Assembly: GCA_963706575.1 (NCBI GenBank)
Contig: CAVPNL010000015.1
Location: 32,001-96,000, forward strand
DNA from: an uncultured delta proteobacterium
GTDB taxonomy: Bacteria > Desulfobacterota > Desulfobacteria > Desulfobacterales > JAHEIW01
Length of the DNA: 64,000 nucleotides
Direction of reading: 5' to 3'
The notes under the pieces were generated by a model. That model saw only the letters and a list, made by a program, of their open reading frames with translations, was not told the DNA's origin and ran no database searches. Position numbers and translations under genes: made by a program. This document shows, in pieces, positions 19,150 to 29,775 of the stretch; the stretch's first letter is position 1; every line of letters starts with the position of its first letter.

Positions 19150-19701
19150 ATGAAAGAGATTCGAATACACGGAAGAGGCGGCCAGGGATCTCTGGTGCTG
19201 GCCCAATTTATGGCTATTGCGGCCCTCGAGGACGGCAAATACGGCCAGGCATTTCCTTTTTTAGGCGGCGGGGGGGAACGGCGCGGCAAGCCGATCGTCG
19301 CGTTCTGCCGGCTCAGTAACCGCCCCATCCGCACCCGCAGCCACGTGCACGCGCCCGATTATGTCATCGTGCAGGATGCCACCATTCTCAGTGAGGTCGA
19401 TGTCGCCGAAGGTCTGAAGCAGACCGGATCGATCTTAATCAATACGGATAAGTCGGTGGCGGACTTAGGGCTTGAAAAATCGAACGCCGTTACCACATCC
19501 GCAGATAAGCTGGCCCGCAGGATTCTGGGTCGACCGATTATCAACACGGCTCTTCTGGGCACGTTTGCCGGCTTCAGCCGGGAGTTGTCGCTGGAAGCCG
19601 CGCTCAACGCCGTGCGCAGTAAATTCCCCGGTGAATTGGGGGAAAAGAACGCACAGGTGGTTGAAGAAAGTTACCACGCATTTTTAAAGGAGACTTCATG
19701 A
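19150..19701 (+). CDS. porC: 2-oxoacid:ferredoxin oxidoreductase gamma subunit
   Basis: EIRIHGRGGQG, ERRGKP, INTALLG. Confidence 0.92.
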   Translation: MKEIRIHGRGGQGSLVLAQFMAIAALEDGKYGQAFPFLGGGGERRGKPIVAFCRLSNRPIRTRSHVHAPDYVIVQDATILSEVDVAEGLKQTGSILINTDKSVADLGLEKSNAVTTSADKLARRILGRPIINTALLGTFAGFSRELSLEAALNAVRSKFPGELGEKNAQVVEESYHAFLKETS

Positions 19702-19955
19702 AACTGACAAAAGGTGCCGTTGTTGAGGGCGGAACTTCCTTGAATTACAAGACCGGCAACTGGCGGGACCAGCGACCGGAGATCGATCAGGAAGTGTGCA
19801 ATCAGTGCGGTAAATGCCGGGAAGTTTGCCCGGATGACGCCGTCCGCCACAAAGACGACCGCTATGAAATCGATTATGATTTTTGCAAGGGATGTGGCAT
19901 CTGCGCCTATGAGTGCAAGGCCGAAGCCATAGAAATATTACCGGAGGAAAAATAA
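19698..19955 (+). CDS. porD: 2-oxoacid:ferredoxin oxidoreductase delta subunit (2x[4Fe-4S])
   Basis: KTGNWR; CNQCGKCREVCP and CKGCGICAYEC. Confidence 0.92.
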   Translation: MKLTKGAVVEGGTSLNYKTGNWRDQRPEIDQEVCNQCGKCREVCPDDAVRHKDDRYEIDYDFCKGCGICAYECKAEAIEILPEEK

Positions 19956-19958
19956 ACC

Positions 19959-21149
19959 ATGGGCAACATCAAAGTGGTAGAGGGATCCGAAGCCGTCGCA
20001 CTGGCCGTAAAGGCCTGTCGACCCCATGTCATTTCGGCTTACCCCATCAGCCCCCAGACGCATATTGTCGAGGGCCTGGCCAGAATGGCAGCCGATGGCG
20101 ACATCGATGCCGAGTATGTCAGAGTCGAATCCGAGTTTTCAGCAGCCAGCGTACTGGCCGGTGCCGCGGCCGCAGGCAGCCGCAGTTATACAGCCTCATC
20201 TTCCCAGGGGCTGCTGCTGATGACCGAGGTCCTGTACGCCAGTGCGGGCATGCGCCTGCCGTTTGTCATAACCGGTGTCAACCGATCGGTATCGGCGCCG
20301 ATCAACATCCAGGTGGATCACCAGGACAGCATGTCCCTGCGGGATGCCGGACTGATCCAATTTTATGTGGAAAGTGTCCAGGAAGCCTATGACATGCATC
20401 TGGCGGCTTTCAAAATCGCAGAGGATCCCGGTATCATGCTGCCGGTCATGGTGTGCATGGACGGCTGGGTGCTGACCCATTCCTACGAGCGGGTGCAGTT
20501 CGTCGACCAGCAAGCCGTCGATGATTTTCTACCGCCCTTTGCCCCCGAGCACTATCTGGACCCGGCCACGCCGAAAACCTGGGGTTCCTATGCCGAATCG
20601 GATGCCATGATGGAATTCAAATATGCGATTCACAAGGCCATGACCGAAGGAAAACCGCGAATCAAGGAAATCCTGGGCGAGGTATCGGCGCTGACCGGCC
20701 GTGATAACAGCGGGCTGATCGAGGCCTACCGGATCGACGGTGCCGAAATTATTTTGGTGGCCCTGGGATCCGTCACCGGTACGGTTAAGGATGCCGTTGA
20801 CGAGCTGCGGGATGCCGGGAAAAACGTCGGTCTGCTCAAGATCCGATGCTATCGACCGTTTCCGCACGAAGAAATCTGGCAGGCCGTAAAGGACGCCAAG
20901 GTTATCGCCGTGATGGACGCCAGCTTTTCCATGGGCAGTGAAGGCTCGATCGGCCTTGATTTGAAGGCCAAACTGTTCGGCCGACCGCAGGCGCCCATGG
21001 TGGTTGATTTTGTTGCCGGGCTCGGCGGACGCGAAATTAATACCCTTACAGTCCACCGGCTGGTGGCGCGCGCCGAGGAGATTCACGGCTCGGGGCAGGT
21101 ATTACCCGAACCGGAATGGGTGGGCCTCGACCCCACAATCGTATCTTAG
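19959..21149 (+). CDS. porA: 2-oxoacid:ferredoxin oxidoreductase alpha subunit
   Basis: AYPISPQT, VESEFSA, TASSSQGL, NRSVSAP, GLGGRE. Confidence 0.93.
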   Translation: MGNIKVVEGSEAVALAVKACRPHVISAYPISPQTHIVEGLARMAADGDIDAEYVRVESEFSAASVLAGAAAAGSRSYTASSSQGLLLMTEVLYASAGMRLPFVITGVNRSVSAPINIQVDHQDSMSLRDAGLIQFYVESVQEAYDMHLAAFKIAEDPGIMLPVMVCMDGWVLTHSYERVQFVDQQAVDDFLPPFAPEHYLDPATPKTWGSYAESDAMMEFKYAIHKAMTEGKPRIKEILGEVSALTGRDNSGLIEAYRIDGAEIILVALGSVTGTVKDAVDELRDAGKNVGLLKIRCYRPFPHEEIWQAVKDAKVIAVMDASFSMGSEGSIGLDLKAKLFGRPQAPMVVDFVAGLGGREINTLTVHRLVARAEEIHGSGQVLPEPEWVGLDPTIVS

Positions 21150-21164
21150 GCGAAGGAGAAACTA

Positions 21165-22067
21165 ATGACCGTCAAAAAGAAAACCCAAAAAGAATCGCTG
21201 TTCGTCTCCGGCCATCGGGCATGCCACGGCTGCGGTATGGCACTGGGGGTTCGGCATATTCTGGAGGCAACCGGAAACGATGTGATCGTGGTTTCACCCA
21301 CCGGCTGCCTGGAAACCTTCACCTCGCCCTATGGCTTCTCGCCCTGGAAGGTGCCCTGGATACACCACGTGTTTGAAAATGCCCCGGCGGTTGCCACCGG
21401 CGTCGTGGCTGCCCTGCGGGCTCAGGGGCGAGACCACACCCGCGTGGTCGCTATCGGCGGGGACGGCGGAACATTTGATATCGGATTCGGCGCCCTTTCG
21501 GGAATGCTGGAGCGCGGCGACGATGTCCTTTACATCTGTGTCGACAATGGGGCCTATATGAACACCGGCGGCCAGCGCAGCGCGGCAACCCCGGCCTGGG
21601 CGGCGACCACGACGGCTCCGGCCGGCCGACAATCCATGGGCAAAGCCGAAATGAAAAAGGATCTGCCCGAAATCGTTGCGGCCCACGGTATTCCTTATGT
21701 GGCCACCGCATCGATCGCCTACTTGGGCGATCTAAAGAAAAAAATCAAAAAAGCCATGACCTATCACGGGCCGCGTTATATTCAGATCGATACCCCCTGT
21801 CCGTCGGTGTGGAGCTTTGCGTCACATCTGACGCTTGAAATCGGCCGGCTGGGCGTCAACAGCGGGCTGGTGCCACTGTTTGAAAAGGAAAACGGGGAAA
21901 TCACCGCAACCCGCAAAATTAAGCGTAAAATACCGGTCGCCGATTATCTGAACAAACAAAAACGATATCGGCACCTGTTTGACTCCGAGCAGGGACAGCT
22001 TGAGATCGAAAAAATTCAGGCACTCGCCGATACGAACGTTAAAAAATACGGCTTGTTATCCAAATAA
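21165..22067 (+). CDS. porB: 2-oxoacid:ferredoxin oxidoreductase beta (TPP-binding) subunit
   Basis: GHRACHGCG, PTGC, GGDGGTFDIG, DNGAYMNTGGQRS, PCP. Confidence 0.93.
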   Translation: MTVKKKTQKESLFVSGHRACHGCGMALGVRHILEATGNDVIVVSPTGCLETFTSPYGFSPWKVPWIHHVFENAPAVATGVVAALRAQGRDHTRVVAIGGDGGTFDIGFGALSGMLERGDDVLYICVDNGAYMNTGGQRSAATPAWAATTTAPAGRQSMGKAEMKKDLPEIVAAHGIPYVATASIAYLGDLKKKIKKAMTYHGPRYIQIDTPCPSVWSFASHLTLEIGRLGVNSGLVPLFEKENGEITATRKIKRKIPVADYLNKQKRYRHLFDSEQGQLEIEKIQALADTNVKKYGLLSK

Positions 22068-22092
22068 AAAATCATTAAGCAGGAGGCTTTAC

Positions 22093-23547
22093 ATGAAATT
22101 ACAAAACGGTGGTGAATATATCGAAAGCTTGCGGGCCCTGAATCCCGTCATTTATTACAAAGGCAAACGCATCGATGACGTTACACGGCACCCGGCCACG
22201 GCGCCCCATGTGCGGGCGGCCGCCATGACGTATTCCCTGGCCGCTAAAGAAGAATACCGGGATCTGGCAACGGCCAAATCCCATCTGACGGGGCGTACGA
22301 TCAGCCGCTTTACCCATGTGCATCAGAATATAGAGGATTTGATCAAGAAGGTTAAATTGTTGCGCGTCCTGGGGCAGAAAACCGGGACCTGCTTTCAGCG
22401 CTGTGTCGGCTTCGATGGCATCAATGCCGTTTATTCGGTGGCTTACGAGATTGATGAAAAATTGGGCACCGACTATCTGCAGCGCTTTAATCGCTGGCTG
22501 ACCCGTATCCAGGACGAGAACCACATGGTGGTCGGTGCCATGACCGATCCAAAGGGTGATCGCTCCAAAAGCCCCGCGGATCAGCCCGATCCGGATCAAT
22601 ATGTTCATGTGGTGGACCGCCGGGATGACGGCATCGTGATCAGAGGTGCCAAGCTTCACATGACCGGCTCCGTCAACTCCCACGAAATTCTGGTGATGCC
22701 GACCACCGCCATGGATGAAGGCTCAAAAGATTACGCCGTTGTCTGCGCGCTTCCGATTGACGCGCCCGGAATCACATTGATTTTCGGCCGGCAGGCCAAC
22801 GACGATCGCCGGGACCGCATGGAACGCATTGATGTCGGCAAGCCCTCTTTTGGGGCCGTCGGAGGCGAAGCCGTGCTTGTTTTCGAGGATGTCTTCGTGC
22901 CCTATGAAAACGTTTTCATGGATGGTGAAGTCGAATTTACGGGCGAGCTGGTGTACCGGTTTGCTGCCCACCACCGCGCCAACTACGGGGCCTGCAAGAC
23001 CGGACTGATGGATGTGCTCATCGGTGCCGTCAGCTACCTGAGCCTCATTCAGGGCACCGCCAAGGGGTCGCATGTGCGGGATAAAGTCACGGAGATGACC
23101 CATTTAAGCGAAACACTCTACAGCTCATCGATTGCCTGTTCGGCTGAAGGCTGGCCGACACCTTCCGGCGCCTACATGGTGGATACCATGCTGGCCAATG
23201 TCTGCAAACAGAACGTCACCCGCTTCCATTTTGAAGTTGCCCGCCTGGCACTGGATCTGGCCGGTGGATTTATTGCCACCCTGCCCAGTCAACACGATTT
23301 GGAGAATGAAGATGTCGGGCATCTGGTGCGAAAATATTTTTCAGGGGTAGCCGATATCCCGACGGAGGATCGCATCAAAATTGCACGAATGATCGAGGCC
23401 ATGACGGGCGGCACCGCCCTGGTGGAGTCGATGCACGGTGCGGGCTCTCCTCAGGCCCAGCGCATCATGATCTACCGGGAGGGCAAGCTCGCAGAGAAGA
23501 TAAAGCTCGCCAAACGCTTGGCCGGCATTAAAGATCCGAATGAATAG
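22093..23547 (+). CDS. 4-hydroxybutyryl-CoA dehydratase (AbfD)/HpaB-family FAD-[4Fe-4S] enzyme
   Basis: GTCFQRCVG, AMTDPKGDRS, GAKLHMTG, HHRANYGACK, ESMHGAGSPQAQ; AGGAGG RBS before the ATG at 22093. Confidence 0.9.
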   Translation: MKLQNGGEYIESLRALNPVIYYKGKRIDDVTRHPATAPHVRAAAMTYSLAAKEEYRDLATAKSHLTGRTISRFTHVHQNIEDLIKKVKLLRVLGQKTGTCFQRCVGFDGINAVYSVAYEIDEKLGTDYLQRFNRWLTRIQDENHMVVGAMTDPKGDRSKSPADQPDPDQYVHVVDRRDDGIVIRGAKLHMTGSVNSHEILVMPTTAMDEGSKDYAVVCALPIDAPGITLIFGRQANDDRRDRMERIDVGKPSFGAVGGEAVLVFEDVFVPYENVFMDGEVEFTGELVYRFAAHHRANYGACKTGLMDVLIGAVSYLSLIQGTAKGSHVRDKVTEMTHLSETLYSSSIACSAEGWPTPSGAYMVDTMLANVCKQNVTRFHFEVARLALDLAGGFIATLPSQHDLENEDVGHLVRKYFSGVADIPTEDRIKIARMIEAMTGGTALVESMHGAGSPQAQRIMIYREGKLAEKIKLAKRLAGIKDPNE

Positions 23548-23568
23548 GAACCTATAGAGGAGACAAAC

Positions 23569-24771
23569 ATGGAAAAAGCAAGCGTGTCTATCGTACGGAC
23601 ACCAGCCGGATCGGAATTTGAGCAAATTTACGCAGCTGTCAAAGAATCGCTGGATCTCATCGGCGGCATCGAAGATATCGTCCAGCCTGGAAACCTGGTT
23701 TTGATTAATCCGAGCTGGGTGGCGCCGCCGGTCGAAAGAGAGGCCGGCTGTATTACCCTGCCTGAAGTTGCGCGGGCGGTAGCGGATATCGTAAAGGCCG
23801 CCGGTGCGCGGCCGGTAATCGCCGAATCCTCCGCCGTCGGTGTCGATACCGAGAAGGTCCTTCAGAGCTCAGGATATCATGACCTTCAGGAGATGGGCTA
23901 CGAAGTCGTCAACCTGAAGGCCGCCAAGGCGACGGTGGATCTGCCGGTGGAAAACGGCATAATTTTCGATCAGGTGGAATGCTGGGAACTGGTTAAAGCG
24001 GCAGATGTCATCATCAGTGTACCCAAGTTAAAAACCCACGATCAAACCGAAATGACCTGTGCGATCAAAAAACTCAAAGGCCTGCTGACCGATAAGGCCA
24101 AAAAGGCCATGCATCAGGAAGGCCTTTTTGATGGTGTCATTGATTTGCTTTCAGCCGTAAAGCCCAGGCTTGCCGTTGTCGATGCGATCGTCTGTCAGGA
24201 AGGCGTGGGGCCGGTCTTTGGAAAACCGGTGGAAATGAATCTCGTTCTGGCCGGCAAGGATGTGGTCGCCGTAGATGCGGTTTGTGCACGGCTGATCGGA
24301 TACGATCCGGAGGAAACCCTGCTGACCAAAAACGCCGCGGCGCGTGGTTTGGGTGTGATGGATGCCGCAGCGATCGATGTCATCGGCGAACCGCTGGAAG
24401 GCGTTACACGTCGTTTTTTAAGAGCGATCGAAGATGATCCGGTCGAGGTGGAGGGATTTGAATTGATTCACGGAGAAGCCGCCTGTACCGGCTGTCGCAA
24501 TACGGTGATGAGTGCTTTGATCGATATGCGCAATGCCGATCAGCTCATGTACCTGCCGGGTGTCACGGTGGTCACGGGCAAAGCGCCCCTTCCCGCTGAT
24601 ACGTCCCCTGATGATATTGTCACCATCGGGCTGTGTATGAAAGACAACCAGACCGATCGGCATGTCAAAGGCTGCCCGCCCAACAATGCCCTGGTGGTCA
24701 AAGCCATCATCGGCGACCGGGCCGAAGTCAAACGCATGTACGCGGAAGAAAGTCTGGATAAAACCGATTAA
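23569..24771 (+). CDS. DUF362-domain Fe-S protein
   Basis: VLINPSW, IAESS, SVPKLKTH, DAIVCQEGVGP, AVDAV; C-terminal ACTGC...GLC...GCPP. Confidence 0.85.
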   Translation: MEKASVSIVRTPAGSEFEQIYAAVKESLDLIGGIEDIVQPGNLVLINPSWVAPPVEREAGCITLPEVARAVADIVKAAGARPVIAESSAVGVDTEKVLQSSGYHDLQEMGYEVVNLKAAKATVDLPVENGIIFDQVECWELVKAADVIISVPKLKTHDQTEMTCAIKKLKGLLTDKAKKAMHQEGLFDGVIDLLSAVKPRLAVVDAIVCQEGVGPVFGKPVEMNLVLAGKDVVAVDAVCARLIGYDPEETLLTKNAAARGLGVMDAAAIDVIGEPLEGVTRRFLRAIEDDPVEVEGFELIHGEAACTGCRNTVMSALIDMRNADQLMYLPGVTVVTGKAPLPADTSPDDIVTIGLCMKDNQTDRHVKGCPPNNALVVKAIIGDRAEVKRMYAEESLDKTD

Positions 24772-24817
24772 GCGGGCGAGGCGGTCAAGGCGCTTTATTA
24801 AAGGAGGTTTTGGAACG

Positions 24818-25913
24818 ATGGAATCCATTTTGGAATACATGCAAACATATGACTTCGAGAATTTATTTTTCTGTCAGGACAAGGCGCTTGATTTCAAGGC
24901 CATCATCGCCATCCACGACACAACCCTCGGTCCCGCCACCGGCGGCTGCCGCATGTGGCAGGATTACCCCAGCGAGATGGATGCCGTCGAAGACGCCCTG
25001 CGACTGGCACGCGGGATGACTTATAAATACGCGGCCGCAGGGGTGAATCTGGGCGGCGGCAAGGCGGTCATCATCGGCGACCCCAAACGCACGGACCGTG
25101 AGCCGGTCTTCCGGGCTCTGGGGAAATTCATTAATCGTCTGGGCGGCAAATACATCACCGGCGAAGACGTGGGCACCACCCTGCAGGACATGGAATACAT
25201 CCGCATGGAAACAGAGCATGTCGTCACGCTGCCGACCTATTTAGGCGGGGCTGGAGACATTGCCCCCATGACGGCGTATGGTACCATCCGCGCCATGCAG
25301 GCCTGCTGCAACCGGGTCTATCGGCTCGGACAGCCTGGAAGGGAAAAAGGTTGCGATACAAGGGCTGGGGGCGGTCGGTCACAACATGGTCGAGCAGCTC
25401 CACGAGCTCGGTGCCCGGTTGATTGTCACGGACATTGAGCCCGCCAAGGTGGAAAGCATGACAAAGCGTTTCAACGCCAGCGCAGTGCAGGTCGAAGCCA
25501 TCTATGATGTAGATTGTGATATTTTTTGCCCCTGTGCCCTGGGGAAAGTCATCAATGACGATACCCTCAGCCGCCTGAAATGCAAAATTATCTGCGGCTC
25601 CGCCAACAATCAGCTGGCCGAAGAGCGCCATGGTGACCGGCTGGAGGAAGCAGGGTTTGTCTATGCCCCGGATTACATCACCAATGCCGGTGGCACCATC
25701 TATGATACGGATCGGCTCGGGGTCGGTGGGGTCAGCCATGAGCGCGGCAAGGCCAAAGTGGCCCGCATTTATGACAACATGCAGCGGGTGTTTGAGATTG
25801 CCGACCGCGACCGGCTGCCGACCTATCAAGCAGCCGATCGCATGGCAGAGGAGAGAATCAGTCAAATTGCCGAAGTGAAAAAGTATGCCGATACCCTGAG
25901 CCCGGCGTTTTAG
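24818..25913 (+). CDS. Leu/Phe/Val dehydrogenase (one +1 frameshift near 25321)
   Basis: IAIHDTTLGPATGGCR, GMTYK, GGGKAV and TGEDVG in one frame; QGLGAVG, PCALG, GSANNQL and APDYITNAGG in the next; span is 3n+1. Confidence 0.9.
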
Positions 25914-25962
25914 ATTCTCCCGCAGCGGCCCGGGGGCGAAAAGTTAAAGGTTGTCCCTGAAC

Positions 25963-26616
25963 CTACTTGGAGGGTTTGACCAGTTGTTTGGCCGCGTCTA
26001 CCGCTTCAGTGACATCCTGGCCATACCCATCCGCCCCGATTGAATCCGCCCATTCCTTCGTCACGGCGGCCCCGCCCACCATTGTTTTGACGTGATCTTT
26101 AAGGCCGGCCTCTTTGAGCGCCACCTCAAGCTTCTTCTGGCTCATCATGGTCGTGGTCATCAGGGCCGATGTGGCCACAATATCCGCCTTGAGTTCTTTG
26201 GCTTTTTCAATAAATTTTTCGATCGGCACATCGGCGCCCAGATCATGTACTTCAAAACCATAGACCTCCAACATCGTCCCAACGATGCGTTTGCCGATTT
26301 CGTGGATGTCTCCCTGAACGGTCCCGATCACCACAACGCCCATCTTCTTTTTCACATCTTGCCGGGGAATATGCGGATCCAGCAGATCCATGGCCTGTTG
26401 CATGGCGCCTGCGGATAAAAGCACCTGCGGCAACGCGTACTCCTCTTTGGCAAACAAATCACCCACCGTGATCATTCCCTTGGCCAGGCCTTCGCTAATG
26501 AAATCCACGGGATCAAGGCCTTCGGCAATAACCTTGCTGGCAATGTCTACAGCGGCTTCCTCGTCACCGTCCACAACCGCTTTTAAAGCCGCTTTAATCA
26601 GGTCTTCTCTACTCAT
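25963..26616 (-). CDS. mttC: Methylamine-type corrinoid protein, cognate of the adjacent Pyl-MttB
   Basis: GTVQGDIHEIGKRIVGTML, SALMTTTM, VGGAAVT.EWA..IGADGY. Confidence 0.9.
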   Translation of the reverse strand: MSREDLIKAALKAVVDGDEEAAVDIASKVIAEGLDPVDFISEGLAKGMITVGDLFAKEEYALPQVLLSAGAMQQAMDLLDPHIPRQDVKKKMGVVVIGTVQGDIHEIGKRIVGTMLEVYGFEVHDLGADVPIEKFIEKAKELKADIVATSALMTTTMMSQKKLEVALKEAGLKDHVKTMVGGAAVTKEWADSIGADGYGQDVTEAVDAAKQLVKPSK

Positions 26617-26715
26617 TTTAAAACCTCCAACCCAATATTTTGGTTACAAAACCATTCAGAAAGGTAAAGGGATTCTCCCTCGGGTCTCAGAGAAATTCCA
26701 TTTTGTATCGGAATT

Positions 26716-28195
26716 TTACTTTTCCTTGTCGACACCTAACTCTTCTTCGGCACCCTCAACGATCGATCGAATCGTCGCAAGGACTCCGTCCGGTAACGGG
26801 TCCGGCTCGTGCGTCTCCAATATTTCCCTGGCTTTGGCAGACGCTCTTTCATAAATATCGGTTCCACCCAACTCTTGCCACTTGGAGCGTCTTCTGCGGT
26901 CGATCAGGCTGGGCTGGGATTGGGATCTCATATGTTTGAGGGTGTGCTTCTGGGCCAGAAAATCCTTAAGCGGCCCGACGTCATGAATGACATCCACCGC
27001 CAGATTTTCGTCATCGACCGGAATCCCATTTAAAACATGTTTGATCATTCCGGCAAATTCATTATCCATCACCAGCTGGCCGAAATCTATTGTGACGCCG
27101 CTTTCAAGCATCCCCAGGCCGTAAACCACGTTGACCCCTGCCAACGCAGCGAGTAGCCCGGTGAGTGTCTTTTCATGACCTGCCTGAGCGTCACCCACTT
27201 TGCTATCGCCCTAACCACCGGCCGCAAAGCACGGCAGGGCATATTTACGGGCTAACTGGGCCACGCCGGCGGTGATCATACCGCATTCCGGGGATCCCAA
27301 CCGTTGCCGTTGTTCGCCATAAATCAATCGGACAGGTGGAGCTCCCATAAATCAAAGGCGATCCTTTACACGTCAGTTGATTGAGGACAAGGCTGCCGAG
27401 GACCTCTGCATTCAATACCACCAGGGTTCCTGCCAGCGTTACCGGCGCCGAACCACCGGCCATGGTCATCGATACAATATTGACGGCCAGCCCGGAACGC
27501 GCGCCCTCCATAATGATTTCGCAATGCTCTTTGGAAAACGTGAGCGGGCTTCCCGGGCAGGTAACAAGAGTGAGCAAGGGACGCTCCCTGAGCTTCTCTT
27601 TGCTGCCGACAATGGCGCTCAACATTTCCACAATTTTCCTGGAGCAGTACCCATTGACAGGGCCTAACCAATGGTGTTTGGAAGTATTGGTTAAAGAGGC
27701 TTCGGCATTATGTAAGGAAACGGTTTCCTGGGGGACATCATGAGAAACCATAATCCTTTCATAGGTATCCAGATTATCCAGATAATCAATAATTTTGGCC
27801 CCATTGACCACATCGGCTTTGACCGTCTCGCGATGTTCACCCGTATAGGGGTCATTGATCTTGATGCCCTCACCGAAATTGGTAAATGTCACCCGGTTTC
27901 TTCCCAGCACAACGTCATTTTTCGGGGTGCGGCCGCAAGCAACGAACTGAGAAGGTGTTGATTGAATGGCTTCTTCTACCACCAGGGGGGGAATTTTGAC
28001 GATCTTTTTTTTGGCGTCCACAATCGCTCCCGCCCCGGCGAAGACTTCCATGGCTTCATTATCGTCAACGAAGACGCCGGTCTTCTGGAGAACTTCCAGG
28101 GTTGCCAGGTGAATGTCCTCGAGCGCATCATCGCTAAAGACATTTAAGCTGAATCCCCCGGTCTGATTGCTCCCGGCATGCAAACTGCGTATCAT
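26716..28195 (-). CDS. mttB: Pyrrolysine-containing trimethylamine methyltransferase (in-frame TAG at 27211-27213; +1 frameshift near 27297)
   Basis: Reconstructed ...ATVGSPECGMITAGVAQLARKYALPCFAAGG(TAG)GDSKVGDAQAGHEKT...; removing one base gives 492 aa; GGAGG RBS before the ATG at 28195. Confidence 0.92.
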
Positions 28196-28516
28196 GAATA
28201 CACCTCCCTTCACCGAGCTGTCCGACGCTCAGCAACTCCTGTTTTTGATTGATCCTTGTTGTTGTTCAGCATTAAGCGATTACTTAAATAAAAGCTAAAT
28301 ATGTCAAAGACGCTACCAAGTGTCAAGAAACATGAGGGGTTTGAATTCAAAAATGAGATGGCCGGATTTGATTCCATCGCTTATTTCATAGACGGGAGAT
28401 GGGAGATTCCGTTACCCTGGACCGCGAAGACCGTCTGTTGCAAAAAAAATTAAAATTCCATATGTTAATCAAACCAAAAGCATTCATGCTATTCAACCGC
28501 TAATTATTCAGGTGAT

Positions 28517-29693
28517 ATGATGCCGTCAATCGATTTAAAACGAATTCGAGCCGAAACACCGGGTTGTGAGGCCGTTTTGCATTTTAACAATGCCGGTGCG
28601 TCCTTGCCGCCGCAGGCTGTTTATCAGGCCGTCACCGACCATCTAAAACTGGAGAGCCGAATGGGAGGGTATGAGGCCGAGGCGCATGCCCAGGAAAAAC
28701 TGAATCGATTCTATCAGGCATTCGCCGCCTTGCTCAATTGCGATCCGGCGGAAATTGCCTTTATCGAAAATGCCACCCGGGCCTGGGATATGGTTTTTTA
28801 CGCGATCCCGTTTAAACCCGGAGATCGTATTTTGACCGCCCGGGCTGAATACGCCAGTAACTATTTGGCCTTTCTGCATGTCGCCAAGCAAAAAGATCTG
28901 AAAATAGACGTGGTGCCCAATGATGCCAGCGGGCAAATCTCGATCGATGCCCTTGAAGAAATGATCGCTGAAGATGTGAAACTGATCGCCATTACGCACG
29001 TGCCCACCCAGGGTGGTTTGATCAATCCGGCCGAGGCCGTCGGTCAAATTGCGCGCAGGCATAATATATTGTATCTGCTGGATGCCTGCCAATCGGTGGG
29101 CCAGATGCCGATCGACGTAAAAAAGATAAAATGTGACATGCTGTCCGGAACGGGCCGTAAATATTTGCGGGGTCCCCGGGGGACCGGATTTCTTTTCATC
29201 CGCCGGTCTTTGATTGAACTGTTAGAGCCGCCGTTTATCGATCTGCATGCCGCCACATGGATCGACAAAGATCAATTTGAAATACAGAAATGATGCCAGA
29301 CGTTTCGAGAATTGGGAGAGCTATATTGCGGGTCGGATCGGACTGGCAACCGCGGTGGACTATGCCCTCGAGATTGGACTTGAGGCCATTCAGGAGCGCG
29401 TTCAGTATTTGGCCGCATTGCTAAGAAATCGCCTCGCTGAATTAGGCGGGGTTGTCGTGCGTGACCTGGGCCAACATCGATGCGGTATCGTGACATTTAC
29501 CAAAGAGGATGAGAGCGCCTCGGCAATAAAACAACGCCTGGCGTCTCACAAGATCAACATATCTGTATCCCCCGCGCGCTACGCCAGGCTTGATCTGGAT
29601 TCAAGAGGAATTAGTGAATTAGCGCGGGCCTCGGTCCATTATTTCAATACCGAAGCGGAAATTGATCGGTTCTGCACCAAACTTTCCCAATAG
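28517..29693 (+). CDS. Class V PLP enzyme (cysteine desulfurase/C-S lyase-like; +1 frameshift near 29284)
   Basis: HFNNAGAS, ENATRAW, LDACQSVGQ, TGRKYLRGPRGTG, then ARRFENWE...RASVHYFNT in the next frame; span is 3n+1. Confidence 0.88.
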
Positions 29694-29704
29694 CAGAACC
29701 TTTC

Positions 29705-29749
29705 CCTGATCTGAAATATTGATTAGATGGGGTTTTGAAGCCACTTCTA
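29705..29749 (-). mobile_element. Truncated MITE family A remnant
   Basis: TTAGATGGGGTTTTGAAGCCACTTCTA is the reverse complement of the family A left end. Confidence 0.65.
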
Positions 29750-29775
29750 AAGATTTCAGAATCATAGGAGACAAA

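Noticed and set aside
22093..23547. 4-hydroxyphenylacetate 3-monooxygenase (hpaB)
   Set aside because: The CFQRC Fe-S motif and the anaerobic context fit the AbfD branch of the family.
29280..29296. Selenocysteine at the TGA (29291-29293) in the class V PLP gene
   Set aside because: The downstream homology continues in a different frame, so this is a frameshift rather than in-frame recoding.
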